64,000 bases of DNA from NCBI GenBank assembly GCA_963662625.1, contig OY759726.1, positions 544,001-608,000 on the forward strand, written 5' to 3'. The stretch is from Nitrosopumilus sp. (GTDB taxonomy: Archaea > Thermoproteota > Nitrososphaeria > Nitrososphaerales > Nitrosopumilaceae). The notes under the pieces are model-generated. The model was not told the origin of the DNA. It saw nothing but the letters and a program-made list of their open reading frames with translations, and ran no database searches. Within the stretch, counting starts at the first letter, position 1. Each line of letters begins with the position of its first letter. The position numbers were made by a program, and so were the translations under genes. This document shows positions 17,881 to 25,835 of this stretch, in pieces.

Positions 17881-18777
17881 CTACCGGCCCGGGTTTGCGG
17901 AGGCGGCCTTGGACCACTGCACTATGTCTCCGAATTTGTCAGACGCAAAGTCGGCGGCGGCCCTGGTCTTGCTGCCCGCCTCCCCGCAGAGCGCCAGCCG
18001 GATGGGCCTCCTGGACTTTTGCCTGATCGAGCGGATCGAGTCCGAGAAGAACGCCAGCCCCTCCCCGGTGTCCGAAAAGACCGCCACGGCCGTGACGCCG
18101 GGCCTCTGCCTCGGGATCTTCCCCAGCAGTTTCTGGAAGTCGAGGTCGAACAGGACGTTGACTGCGTGCGACATGTCTCCCAGGTGGAATACCGACCAGC
18201 CGCCGGCGCGGAAGGACGAGGAGGCCGCCTCGGAGAGGAGCCTGCTCTGCGGATCTGCCGAGATGACCACCATGTTCTTCCTCGGGTCGGGCTCCGAGGG
18301 GAGCTGGCCCAGCATGTGCAGCGAGTCCGAGATGGTGTTCTGCATGAACTTCTGCTCGGAGCTGCCTATCTTGCCGTCGTCGAAGAGGCCGCCCACGGCC
18401 GACGCTGCCGGCACCAGCACCTCGGCGACGAGCGTCTCCACGGAGGCGCCCGAGCGGACGCAGTTCCTGATCAGGGCGCGCGCCCTGGACTCGGAGCACT
18501 GCTGCAGGATGCCGAGGAACTGCTCGGCCGCCCTGAAGTAGTCGTCTGGAAAGTCGTATGACTCCTGGCCCGGTTCCAGCGACCAGAGGGTCACGTTTCC
18601 GATGTCCTTTTGCCGGAGCGTGCCCTCCGCCGCGAAGATCTTGAGGTATTTGGCCATGGTGCTCCTGTTCACCCCCAGCGCCCCGGAGAGCTCCACGCCG
18701 GACATCCCCGTGCCGGATCCCTTCAGCCCCGCGACCAGCTTCTTCCGGATCTCTTCTTTCCGGTACCCGCGTCCCAT
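17881..18777 (-). CDS. wHTH transcriptional regulator with cobalamin-binding-like cap/Rossmann domains
   Basis: N-terminal HTH (SGVELSGALGVNRSTMAKYL); VGGLFDDGKIGSSEQ helical cap; GWSVFHLGD Rossmann strand. Confidence 0.7.
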   Translation of the reverse strand: MGRGYRKEEIRKKLVAGLKGSGTGMSGVELSGALGVNRSTMAKYLKIFAAEGTLRQKDIGNVTLWSLEPGQESYDFPDDYFRAAEQFLGILQQCSESRARALIRNCVRSGASVETLVAEVLVPAASAVGGLFDDGKIGSSEQKFMQNTISDSLHMLGQLPSEPDPRKNMVVISADPQSRLLSEAASSSFRAGGWSVFHLGDMSHAVNVLFDLDFQKLLGKIPRQRPGVTAVAVFSDTGEGLAFFSDSIRSIRQKSRRPIRLALCGEAGSKTRAAADFASDKFGDIVQWSKAASANPGR

Positions 18778-18895
18778 GGTGTGGTTGGGCTGAGGTACGG
18801 TATAAAGACTAATTTTAGCTGGCCCGGGCCCAACCCGCCGCGGAATAAAGCGTTATATACGCGCGTACCTTAATGTACGGTAAGGTAAAAGTAAA

Positions 18896-19282
18896 TTGCC
18901 AAAAGCTGGGTTCAAGTCAATCACCGTGTCGGAGGCCGTCTACGACAGGTTCCAAGACGTCTACCGGAAGAACAGGGAGGGCCTGGCGATGAAGGGGGTC
19001 AACAGCTTCTCGGGCTATGTCACGTACATGCTGGAGGAGATGATGCAGAAGGACAGGACCTTCGCGAGGTACGCCCCGAAGATCGAGAAGGTCTCGGTCG
19101 ACGACGACAGGATAATCCTCAAGGACAACATAAAGAACAGGATCGCCGAGGTGGCGATCCAGGGGGGGGAGCTGTTCTGCCAGCTCTGCGACGAAAAAGA
19201 CTGCGTGCACGTGGGGTTCGTCTTCTCGCTGCCCGACGTGTACGAGGTGCTCAACTCCAGGGGCATAAGGCACTCCAGGTAG
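18896..19282 (+). CDS. putative RHH-type DNA-binding protein with C-terminal Zn finger
   Basis: FKSITVSEAVYDRF ribbon-helix start; CQLCDEKDCVH metal motif. Confidence 0.65.
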   Translation: MPKAGFKSITVSEAVYDRFQDVYRKNREGLAMKGVNSFSGYVTYMLEEMMQKDRTFARYAPKIEKVSVDDDRIILKDNIKNRIAEVAIQGGELFCQLCDEKDCVHVGFVFSLPDVYEVLNSRGIRHSR

Positions 19283-19288
19283 GAGCCG

Positions 19289-19408
19289 TGGAGGAGGCGG
19301 GATTTGAACCCGCGAACTCCTGAGAGACAGGATCACCCATTGTTTGATCTTAAGTCCTGCATGTCCAAAAGCGTGGTGCTTACTTTGGCCGGGCTTGATT
19401 ACTCCTCC
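19289..19408 (-). tRNA. tRNA-Leu(TAA) with two introns (19363-19382 and 19334-19348)
   Basis: GGAGGAG/CTCCTCC acceptor, long variable arm, GGTTCAAATCC; spliced anticodon arm CAGGA-CT-TAA-GA-TCCTG. Confidence 0.88.
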
Positions 19409-19524
19409 GGATGGGTGGGGGTCCGCGCGGGATTTAACGGTTTGGCGGGCGTCCGGGCGCGTCCCGGGGCGGCCCCCGCGCGATAATCAAGAACTTATAA
19501 GGATTTTATTCCGTGGTAAACTGT

Positions 19525-19598
19525 GCTTCGATAGCTCAGCCTGGTAGAGCGTTACCTTGGTAAGGTAAAGGTCGCGGGTTCGGATCCCGCTCGAAGCT
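19525..19598 (+). tRNA. tRNA-Thr(GGT)
   Basis: GCTTCGA/TCGAAGC acceptor; TTACC-TT-GGT-AA-GGTAA. Confidence 0.95.
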
Positions 19599-19599
19599 C

Positions 19600-20454
19600 T
19601 CAATAATTCTTGATCAGCAGCTCGTGGTGCCCCGACCTCTTTTTGGCGTCGGAGTTGATCGAGCGGCTGACCGGGATCCTGCGGACGTCCCACGGCCCCC
19701 CGGAGAACAGCCCGGAGACCTCCCCAGAGTCGGAGTTTGAGAGCATCACCATGCACCCCCTGGAGTGCAGCTCCTCGCAGAGGCCAAACAGCCTGTCCAG
19801 GTCGTCAAAGTCCCGGTCGGTATAGCTGGTAAAGTTGGCAGTCTCGCTTACGGGCTGGTACGGGGGATCAAGGTACACCAGGTCCCCCCTGCCCGCCCTC
19901 CCGGCCGCGCTTGCAAAGTCGCCGCACGTGATCGACGCCCCGCCCGACCGCAGGGCCTGGCTTGCCGCGCGCAGGGCGCCCTCGTTCACGATGTTGGGCC
20001 GGGAGTACCTGCCCAGGGGGACGTTGAACATCCCCTTGCTGTTCACGCGGTACAGCCCGTTAAAGCAGGTCCTGTTAAGGAAGAGCAGCCGGGACGCCCT
20101 CTCGACCGCGTTCCCCGGGCGGCTCGCGCGCACGGAGTAATAGTACCGCTTGGGGTCTTTCTGGTAGCGGCTCTCGCGGTCCCTCAGGGAGGAGACCAGC
20201 TCGTCGACGCTGTCCCGGATGGTGTGGTACGCCGAGACCAGGTCGCGGTTAAGGTCGGAGGCGTGGCACCTGTGGCCGTCACCCTTGGCCAGGACGTGGA
20301 ACAGCAGCGCGCCGCCGCCAAGAAACGGCTCGTGGTACGCCCCGAACGACTCCGGCAGGTTGGCGTCCAACACATGGAGCAACCTCCTCTTTCCGCCCGC
20401 CCACTTTACGAACGGCTTCGCCCCGACCAGCACCTGGCCGTACTGCCGCGTCAC
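19600..20454 (-). CDS. dam: Dam-family DNA adenine methyltransferase (orphan)
   Basis: KWAGGK, EPFLGGG, NRTCFNGLYRVN and YLDPPY motifs; no adjacent endonuclease. Confidence 0.9.
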   Translation of the reverse strand: MTRQYGQVLVGAKPFVKWAGGKRRLLHVLDANLPESFGAYHEPFLGGGALLFHVLAKGDGHRCHASDLNRDLVSAYHTIRDSVDELVSSLRDRESRYQKDPKRYYYSVRASRPGNAVERASRLLFLNRTCFNGLYRVNSKGMFNVPLGRYSRPNIVNEGALRAASQALRSGGASITCGDFASAAGRAGRGDLVYLDPPYQPVSETANFTSYTDRDFDDLDRLFGLCEELHSRGCMVMLSNSDSGEVSGLFSGGPWDVRRIPVSRSINSDAKKRSGHHELLIKNY

Positions 20455-20578
20455 GGGCAGTCATCCCGGAATGAGATCTTATGCGGCGCGTTAAAAAAAG
20501 ATTACAAACGTGTGAAAAAAGGTGCCGCGGCGGGCGGCCTTGGAACCGTGGCAAGAAAATGAAAAGGAGAGGTGGTGG

Positions 20579-21229
20579 TTAGTCCCACTTGGACCATGCG
20601 GCCATCCATCTGTATGTCCACGTATTGAGCTTACAGCCTAACGCTGCAAACGTACAGGACAACACTGCACCCGCACCCGCTCCCAGGGCAACTGGGCTGT
20701 TGTAGAACTTGCCCACCTGCGGTTCTATCGGCGTCATGTAAGGCGGCAGTGTAGGTCTCGGGTACTTGAAGGCCGTTTCCAATGGGTCTGCGACTGTTAT
20801 CAGGTTTACCATGTTGAATAATGGCAATGACATCCCTACCAGTACGCCGCCAAAGAAGATCAACGAGTGTTTGTTCTTCTTTGTAGCCCAGTACGCTAGG
20901 TCGAGCAGCATTGCTGACGGTAGCCATACTGGCGTCACGATGAAGTCATACGGATACCCAAGTGCGAACCACGCGCCTTTGGCGATCCACGTATAGACTG
21001 TCATGATCAGGGCATAGTACGTCGCTGTGCCTGGAACGCCTGTAAACGTAAGGTAGTATGTTGCACCTACTACAAGCATCAACGTCTGCGATATTGAGAA
21101 TACCGTGTACGAGGTCCAGGCCCAGTCAGTGTAGAAGATGTAGTCACCCGCATTAATCGTCAACAGAGTTGAGTTAACCGCAACTACTACTATGAACAAG
21201 TAGTGGGTACATCGTCTTAACCAGACCAT
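20579..21229 (-). CDS. amoA: archaeal ammonia monooxygenase subunit A
   Basis: 216 aa, MVWLRRCTHYLFIVVVAVNSTLLTINAGDYIFYTDWAW...WSKWD. Confidence 0.99.
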   Translation of the reverse strand: MVWLRRCTHYLFIVVVAVNSTLLTINAGDYIFYTDWAWTSYTVFSISQTLMLVVGATYYLTFTGVPGTATYYALIMTVYTWIAKGAWFALGYPYDFIVTPVWLPSAMLLDLAYWATKKNKHSLIFFGGVLVGMSLPLFNMVNLITVADPLETAFKYPRPTLPPYMTPIEPQVGKFYNSPVALGAGAGAVLSCTFAALGCKLNTWTYRWMAAWSKWD

Positions 21230-21334
21230 TATTCAGTAGAACAAAGGGTCAGTATATAAAATTTTAGAAAGTGGCGGAGATCGGCTTTTTTAGGGGAACC
21301 AAAATGAAAAAGGAGTGCTGAAGGATGTTTCCTT

Positions 21335-21697
21335 CTAGTTGCCGACAAACAGCGAGATGAGTATTGTGCCCACCGTCACGCCTGCTACCGTTCCTGCCAC
21401 CAAGCCGTTGCTATTCTTGTTAGAGCCTTCTTGCATGACTTTAACGCAGAATATGTAGCCTATCGCCTCGATGATCGTGAGGACGATGAAGGCGTAGTGC
21501 CCACTCGGTGTCGGGTATGCCCACGGATAGTAAAAGTATCCGGCGGCAGTACCACCAAAAGTAGCCAACCATGCTGCTATGAAAGAGATGGTGATTATGC
21601 CGGTCATGTTTTCGACGCGTCTGCCGATCATGCGCTCTACGTCAGCGCTAGATGCGCCGCCTGCGCCGCCTGAGCCAAATCCTTTCGGGAGTGTCAT
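21335..21697 (-). CDS. amoX: archaeal ammonia monooxygenase subunit X
   Basis: 120-aa membrane protein between amoA and amoC (MTLPKGFG...YYPWAYP). Confidence 0.92.
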   Translation of the reverse strand: MTLPKGFGSGGAGGASSADVERMIGRRVENMTGIITISFIAAWLATFGGTAAGYFYYPWAYPTPSGHYAFIVLTIIEAIGYIFCVKVMQEGSNKNSNGLVAGTVAGVTVGTILISLFVGN

Positions 21698-21810
21698 CTG
21701 AGAGACATACTGATCAGAATCCTTTTAAATCTTTCTTAAATCCGGGTTTTGGTACGATCTACGCACGAACGGGCTGGAAAAATAGAAAAAAGGTGCAAAA
21801 CGCACTTTTT

Positions 21811-22374
21811 CTATGGGATTGCTCTGCTGTACAGCTTGCCCTCTAGGGCCATCTTGTACATCTCTGCAACGTACGGGTTCTCACCTGGAGTCTCTGCGCC
21901 CAGCTCTACCAGTCTGGCATATACCCTGACTACGTAGGCTAGCGCGCCCATGAATGCAACAACTACACCCATGTTAAACATCCAGTGGTTCGGTACCGCG
22001 AAGATCTCCTCCACGAACCAAAAGTGCCACATCTCGTTGATCCCGATCGTGAACATGGTCGCGAGATAACCAAGGATGGTCATCTTCAGGCCCGTGTTCA
22101 TCGAGTTGTTGGGACCCCTGAGGATCGGCACCTTCCTATCATAGATCGCTACAGACGCCCACCCTAGCGGCAGTGCCACAAAGTGGGAGTACAGCCACCA
22201 GTGTGCTGGCGTGAACGCGCTGTCCCTGATAGAGGTTTGGTGAAGTGATCCGTCGACGAAGTTGTCCACTTCGACGGATGCTGCAGTAGATCCCATAGCA
22301 ATGACGATGAGCCAGATCTTCTTAAGTCTCTGGATCTCGACTTCCTTTGGGATTAATGCCGGCATTTGTGCCAT
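21811..22374 (-). CDS. amoC: archaeal ammonia monooxygenase subunit C
   Basis: MAQMPALIPKEVEIQRL, DGSLHQ...TPAHWW, NEMWHFWFVEE. Confidence 0.99.
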   Translation of the reverse strand: MAQMPALIPKEVEIQRLKKIWLIVIAMGSTAASVEVDNFVDGSLHQTSIRDSAFTPAHWWLYSHFVALPLGWASVAIYDRKVPILRGPNNSMNTGLKMTILGYLATMFTIGINEMWHFWFVEEIFAVPNHWMFNMGVVVAFMGALAYVVRVYARLVELGAETPGENPYVAEMYKMALEGKLYSRAIP

Positions 22375-22635
22375 GCATAAATTGGCGCAATTTCAAATAT
22401 AAAGTAAGGGATTGCCGGGTGAAATGTTTTGTTGAAAAAACTTTACATGTCAAGGCGAAAACTTGTGAAAAATTCAATTCCCGTGGTAATTTTATGTGAA
22501 AAATAAGCACGTTTTCTTCCATATTTCGATGTTCAACATCAATGTTCAATGTAGCGTGCATGTTGCCGATCCCCCACCCCTCAAGGTAAGACATATAACG
22601 ATGTATATCATCTTTCAGGATATTAGGGATAAATC
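22375..22635. promoter_or_regulatory. AT-rich divergent amoC/amoB control region
   Basis: TTTATAT (minus strand, 22397-22403) for amoC; TGTATATC near 22602-22609 for amoB; repeated TGAAAAA and ATGTTCAA motifs. Confidence 0.7.
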
Positions 22636-23205
22636 ATGGCCGAAAAGAAGTTAATTGTATTGGGACTGTCGGTTGTACTTGCACTAGGGACGCTCGGCTT
22701 CAACTGGGTTGAGGTCATCGTTCCGCCTGCAGATGCACACGGCGTCCAGGCACAGCTTCAGAGTCGCTTCATCAGGATCGAAGACGAGACCTTCAACAGG
22801 CAATCCTTACAGACTGGCGAGACCCTGACCCTTCAGGGAACACTGGTCAGCCTGGTAGAGAGAGACCTCAGGGGATGGATATCCATCTTCTCAGAGTCCA
22901 CCAACGCAGGTAACAGATGGGAGATGCTGGCAAGAGACCCGCCGGGAAACGTCTTTGACATTCCGGGCAACTCCTTGATCCAGTACTCGCTGTCTGCAAA
23001 GGCACTAGAGGCGGGCGTGTACCATGTGCACACCCAGCTCAACGTGGCAAGCGTAGGTCCAGGACTCGGTCCGGGTCAGACGGTAGTCGTTGAAGGCGAG
23101 CCCATCATAAAGGCGATCCCGTACACAAACATCGCGTACCAGTCGATCATAATCGGCGTCGGTTACGTGATCACGTTTGCAACGCGGCCCTGGCAAGTCA
23201 TCTAG
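22636..23205 (+). CDS. amoB: archaeal ammonia monooxygenase subunit B
   Basis: Signal peptide then ADA-HGVQAQLQSRF, YHVHTQ, C-terminal TM ending TRPWQVI. Confidence 0.98.
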   Translation: MAEKKLIVLGLSVVLALGTLGFNWVEVIVPPADAHGVQAQLQSRFIRIEDETFNRQSLQTGETLTLQGTLVSLVERDLRGWISIFSESTNAGNRWEMLARDPPGNVFDIPGNSLIQYSLSAKALEAGVYHVHTQLNVASVGPGLGPGQTVVVEGEPIIKAIPYTNIAYQSIIIGVGYVITFATRPWQVI

Positions 23206-23289
23206 ACCAACCCCTTTTCTTTTCATTTTCTCTCCCGTCGCCCGCGGCGCGTGCCAAGTTTTATCTGCCACGGGGACGCTAACATCGCC

Positions 23290-23604
23290 ATGCTGAGCTT
23301 CCGGGTGGCCGAGATGGGCATCTTCCAGGGGTATTTTTTCGGGAGCGTCGACTTCCGCGGCGACTCCTACAAGGTCAACATCCAGATCCAGAGGAGGGGG
23401 AAGGTGCTGAGGCTGCCGTTTGGCATCGTCCCGAGGAAGGAGAGGGTGGTGGTCAGGATGACCGGGCCCGGGGACGCGTTCGTGGAGGACTACCTCCCGT
23501 ACTGCGGCGAGTCGGAGTGGCTGGAGATCGACTCTGACGAGATCACCTACTTCCTTGCAGACAACCAGGACGCGCTGGACACCATAGAGGTGTCGGACGA
23601 CTGA
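23290..23604 (+). CDS. hypothetical protein
   Basis: ATG 23290 (MLSFRVAEMG...), 104 aa; TTTATC box upstream. Confidence 0.7.
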   Translation: MLSFRVAEMGIFQGYFFGSVDFRGDSYKVNIQIQRRGKVLRLPFGIVPRKERVVVRMTGPGDAFVEDYLPYCGESEWLEIDSDEITYFLADNQDALDTIEVSDD

Positions 23605-23759
23605 TGGGCCCGGCGGCCCGCCGCCGCCCCTCGCTGGCAGCCCCGCGCCCGGCGGGGCGCGCGCGGCCTGGGCCCCCTCCGGGCCGGGCGGCTCTGGCGG
23701 GGCTGGTTTGCGGGATCGCTGAGAGAAAGGTCTTTTAAGGAATCTGCAAAAGGCACCAC

Positions 23760-24284
23760 ATGATTTGGCCCGGCACGAACGACCCGTACAAGAGGAAGAA
23801 GACCATCAGGTTCCTCATCATTTCGGCGATAATAGGCATCTCGGTGGCCGCGGCCAGTTCGCTCGTCCAGCAGGCGGCGAACATGGACAACCCGCTCAAG
23901 GTCTGCATCAACGACAGGGACACCCCGTACAAGATCAAGGCGTCGCTGGAGCTGTTCGTGGACGGCCAGAGGGCAGACATCCCCGCGAGGATCGGGTTTG
24001 GCGATGGCGAGTGCCAGAGGAGCATGTACACGCTGTCCGACGACGGCACCATCTACGCCGAATGGGAGGAGGAATACCCGTTCGAGGTAGGCCACTTCCT
24101 CTGGATGTGGGACTTTCCGCTTAGGGACATGGACCAGTCAAAGTCGACCGTGTACGTGAACGACAGGGAGACCAGCCACTTCATCAACCACCCGTTGCAG
24201 GACGGGTACCACTACAGGGCAGAGTTTACCAGCAAGGCGTACGACGAGTCAAAGGACATCGACTTCCTGCCCCCGGAGAACTAG
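23760..24284 (+). CDS. membrane-anchored hypothetical protein
   Basis: KRKK followed by a TM helix and a soluble domain with two Cys; TTTTAAG box upstream. Confidence 0.8.
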   Translation: MIWPGTNDPYKRKKTIRFLIISAIIGISVAAASSLVQQAANMDNPLKVCINDRDTPYKIKASLELFVDGQRADIPARIGFGDGECQRSMYTLSDDGTIYAEWEEEYPFEVGHFLWMWDFPLRDMDQSKSTVYVNDRETSHFINHPLQDGYHYRAEFTSKAYDESKDIDFLPPEN

Positions 24285-24423
24285 GCGCGGGCCGGCGGGC
24301 CCGGCGCCGCTGGGGCCGGGACTGTTGCCCGGAGGCGGGTCCTGGCGGATCCGGGGCGCGCCAGCAACCCCGCGCGCTCTGGGCGCGCAAGGCCGGTTTA
24401 AAAATAATGAAAAGAAGGTATTG

Positions 24424-24693
24424 CTACCAGTATTTTCCGTTGTCTGGAATCAGACCGATGCCCTCTCTTTCAAAGTGCCTGTCCAATTCATCGACCCATC
24501 TCTCACGGTTGTCCTTGTATGACCAGCCGTGCACGCGGAGCCAGAAGGAGATAATTCCCAAAAGGAACACGGTAAACATCATCGTCCCAAAGATGTAGAT
24601 CATTACATCGTAGAATAACGGGTCATAGTTCGGCCCTAACTGACCTGTAACTGATGACAGGATACTTAGGAAGATTCCTGCGATAGGTATCAT
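24424..24693 (-). CDS. amoY: probable AMO-associated subunit AmoY
   Basis: Small TM protein with the same low-GC codon usage as amoA/C, lying between amoB and rps15, where amoY/amoZ are described in AOA; Y vs Z assignment is from memory. Confidence 0.6.
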   Translation of the reverse strand: MIPIAGIFLSILSSVTGQLGPNYDPLFYDVMIYIFGTMMFTVFLLGIISFWLRVHGWSYKDNRERWVDELDRHFEREGIGLIPDNGKYW

Positions 24694-24800
24694 TGTAATC
24701 TAGGCTCTTTTTGTGCGATATATACATTTCTCTTGCGCCGAAATGCGCGGGATCAGCGCGCGCTGGGGGTCGGAAATAAAATAAGAGGAGGAGGTGGCGG

Positions 24801-25133
24801 TTACCCTCGGCCCATTGCCGCGTATTTGCCGGATCTGCCCCTTACGAAGAAGGCCGCTGCGATCCCGCCGAATACCGCGCCTGCAATCACTGCCGCGCCA
24901 ACCACGCCGTTCGCGTCAAGGTAGGGCGTGCCTGAACCCGCGCCAGGGTTGTCCTGTGCCGCTTGGATTCTCCTTGCCTGGATCTCAAGGGCTTCCTCCA
25001 GCGTGTACTTGCCGGTTTGGCCCTCGGAGCCGACATTACCCATGTACTGTGCAAAGGCAACTGCTGACTCTGCATAATAACCAACAGTAAATACGGCGAT
25101 CAAGGTTGCTGTCAATGCTAGTTTTTTATTCAT
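24801..25133 (-). CDS. amoZ: probable AMO-associated subunit AmoZ
   Basis: Signal peptide plus C-terminal TM (GVVGAAVIAGAVFGGIAAAFFV), divergent from rps15. Confidence 0.6.
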   Translation of the reverse strand: MNKKLALTATLIAVFTVGYYAESAVAFAQYMGNVGSEGQTGKYTLEEALEIQARRIQAAQDNPGAGSGTPYLDANGVVGAAVIAGAVFGGIAAAFFVRGRSGKYAAMGRG

Positions 25134-25385
25134 AGCGTTTACCTGTCTGTTCTGTGGCCACCATACTTATTTAACTTTTATCCATCGCCCGCAGATCCCG
25201 TTTTATGTGCGAAATCCGGGCGCCTGGCCGCCGGATCCACGCCGGGGGCCGCGGATCGCCCGGGCGGCCAGGCGCGCCGGCGGCCGGCGGGGGGGCGCCG
25301 CCCTGCGCCGGCCGCGGGTACGGGACGCGGCGGCGGGCGGATCCTGATAAGTAACGTTTAATTTTGTTCCGGAATCACCCCCGGC

Positions 25386-25835
25386 ATGGGACGCATGCAC
25401 ACCCACAGGCACGGCAAGTCGCACTCCATCAGGCCCGCCACCCTGCGGCCCCCGCTGTGGGTGTCGCTGGGCCCCGAGGAGATAGAGGGGCTGGTCATAA
25501 AGTACGCCAAGGATGGGATGACCCCGAGCCAGATAGGGATCAAGATGAGGGACCAGCACGCCGTCCCGCTGGTGAAGACGATCGCGAAGAAGACGATCGG
25601 CGAGATACTGCGCGAGAACGACCTCACGTCGGAGATGCCGGAGGACCTCGACAACATCGTGAAGAAGGCGGTGGGGCTCCAAAAGCACCTCAAGGCCAAC
25701 AGGGGGGACAGGAGAAACGTCAGGTCCCTGGAGCTGATCGAGGCCAAGGTGCACAGGCTGTCGACCTACTACAAGAGGATAGGCAGGATCCCGAAAAACT
25801 GGAAATATAAATCCGTGGTGGCCCAACTAGAGTAA
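25386..25835 (+). CDS. rps15: 30S ribosomal protein uS15
   Basis: MGRMHTHRHGKSHS, PSQIGIKMRDQH, MPEDL, LIEAKVHRL. Confidence 0.97.
   Translation: MGRMHTHRHGKSHSIRPATLRPPLWVSLGPEEIEGLVIKYAKDGMTPSQIGIKMRDQHAVPLVKTIAKKTIGEILRENDLTSEMPEDLDNIVKKAVGLQKHLKANRGDRRNVRSLELIEAKVHRLSTYYKRIGRIPKNWKYKSVVAQLE

Noticed and set aside
17307-17917. Overlapping ORFs between the thioredoxin-fold gene and the HTH regulator
   Set aside because: Extremely GC-rich, low-complexity translations with no recognisable motif; a short real or decayed gene at about 17378-17600 cannot be excluded
20579-23205. amo cluster as a recent horizontal acquisition because of its lower GC
   Set aside because: The same low-GC signature occurs in scattered unrelated small genes, and no mobility genes flank the cluster
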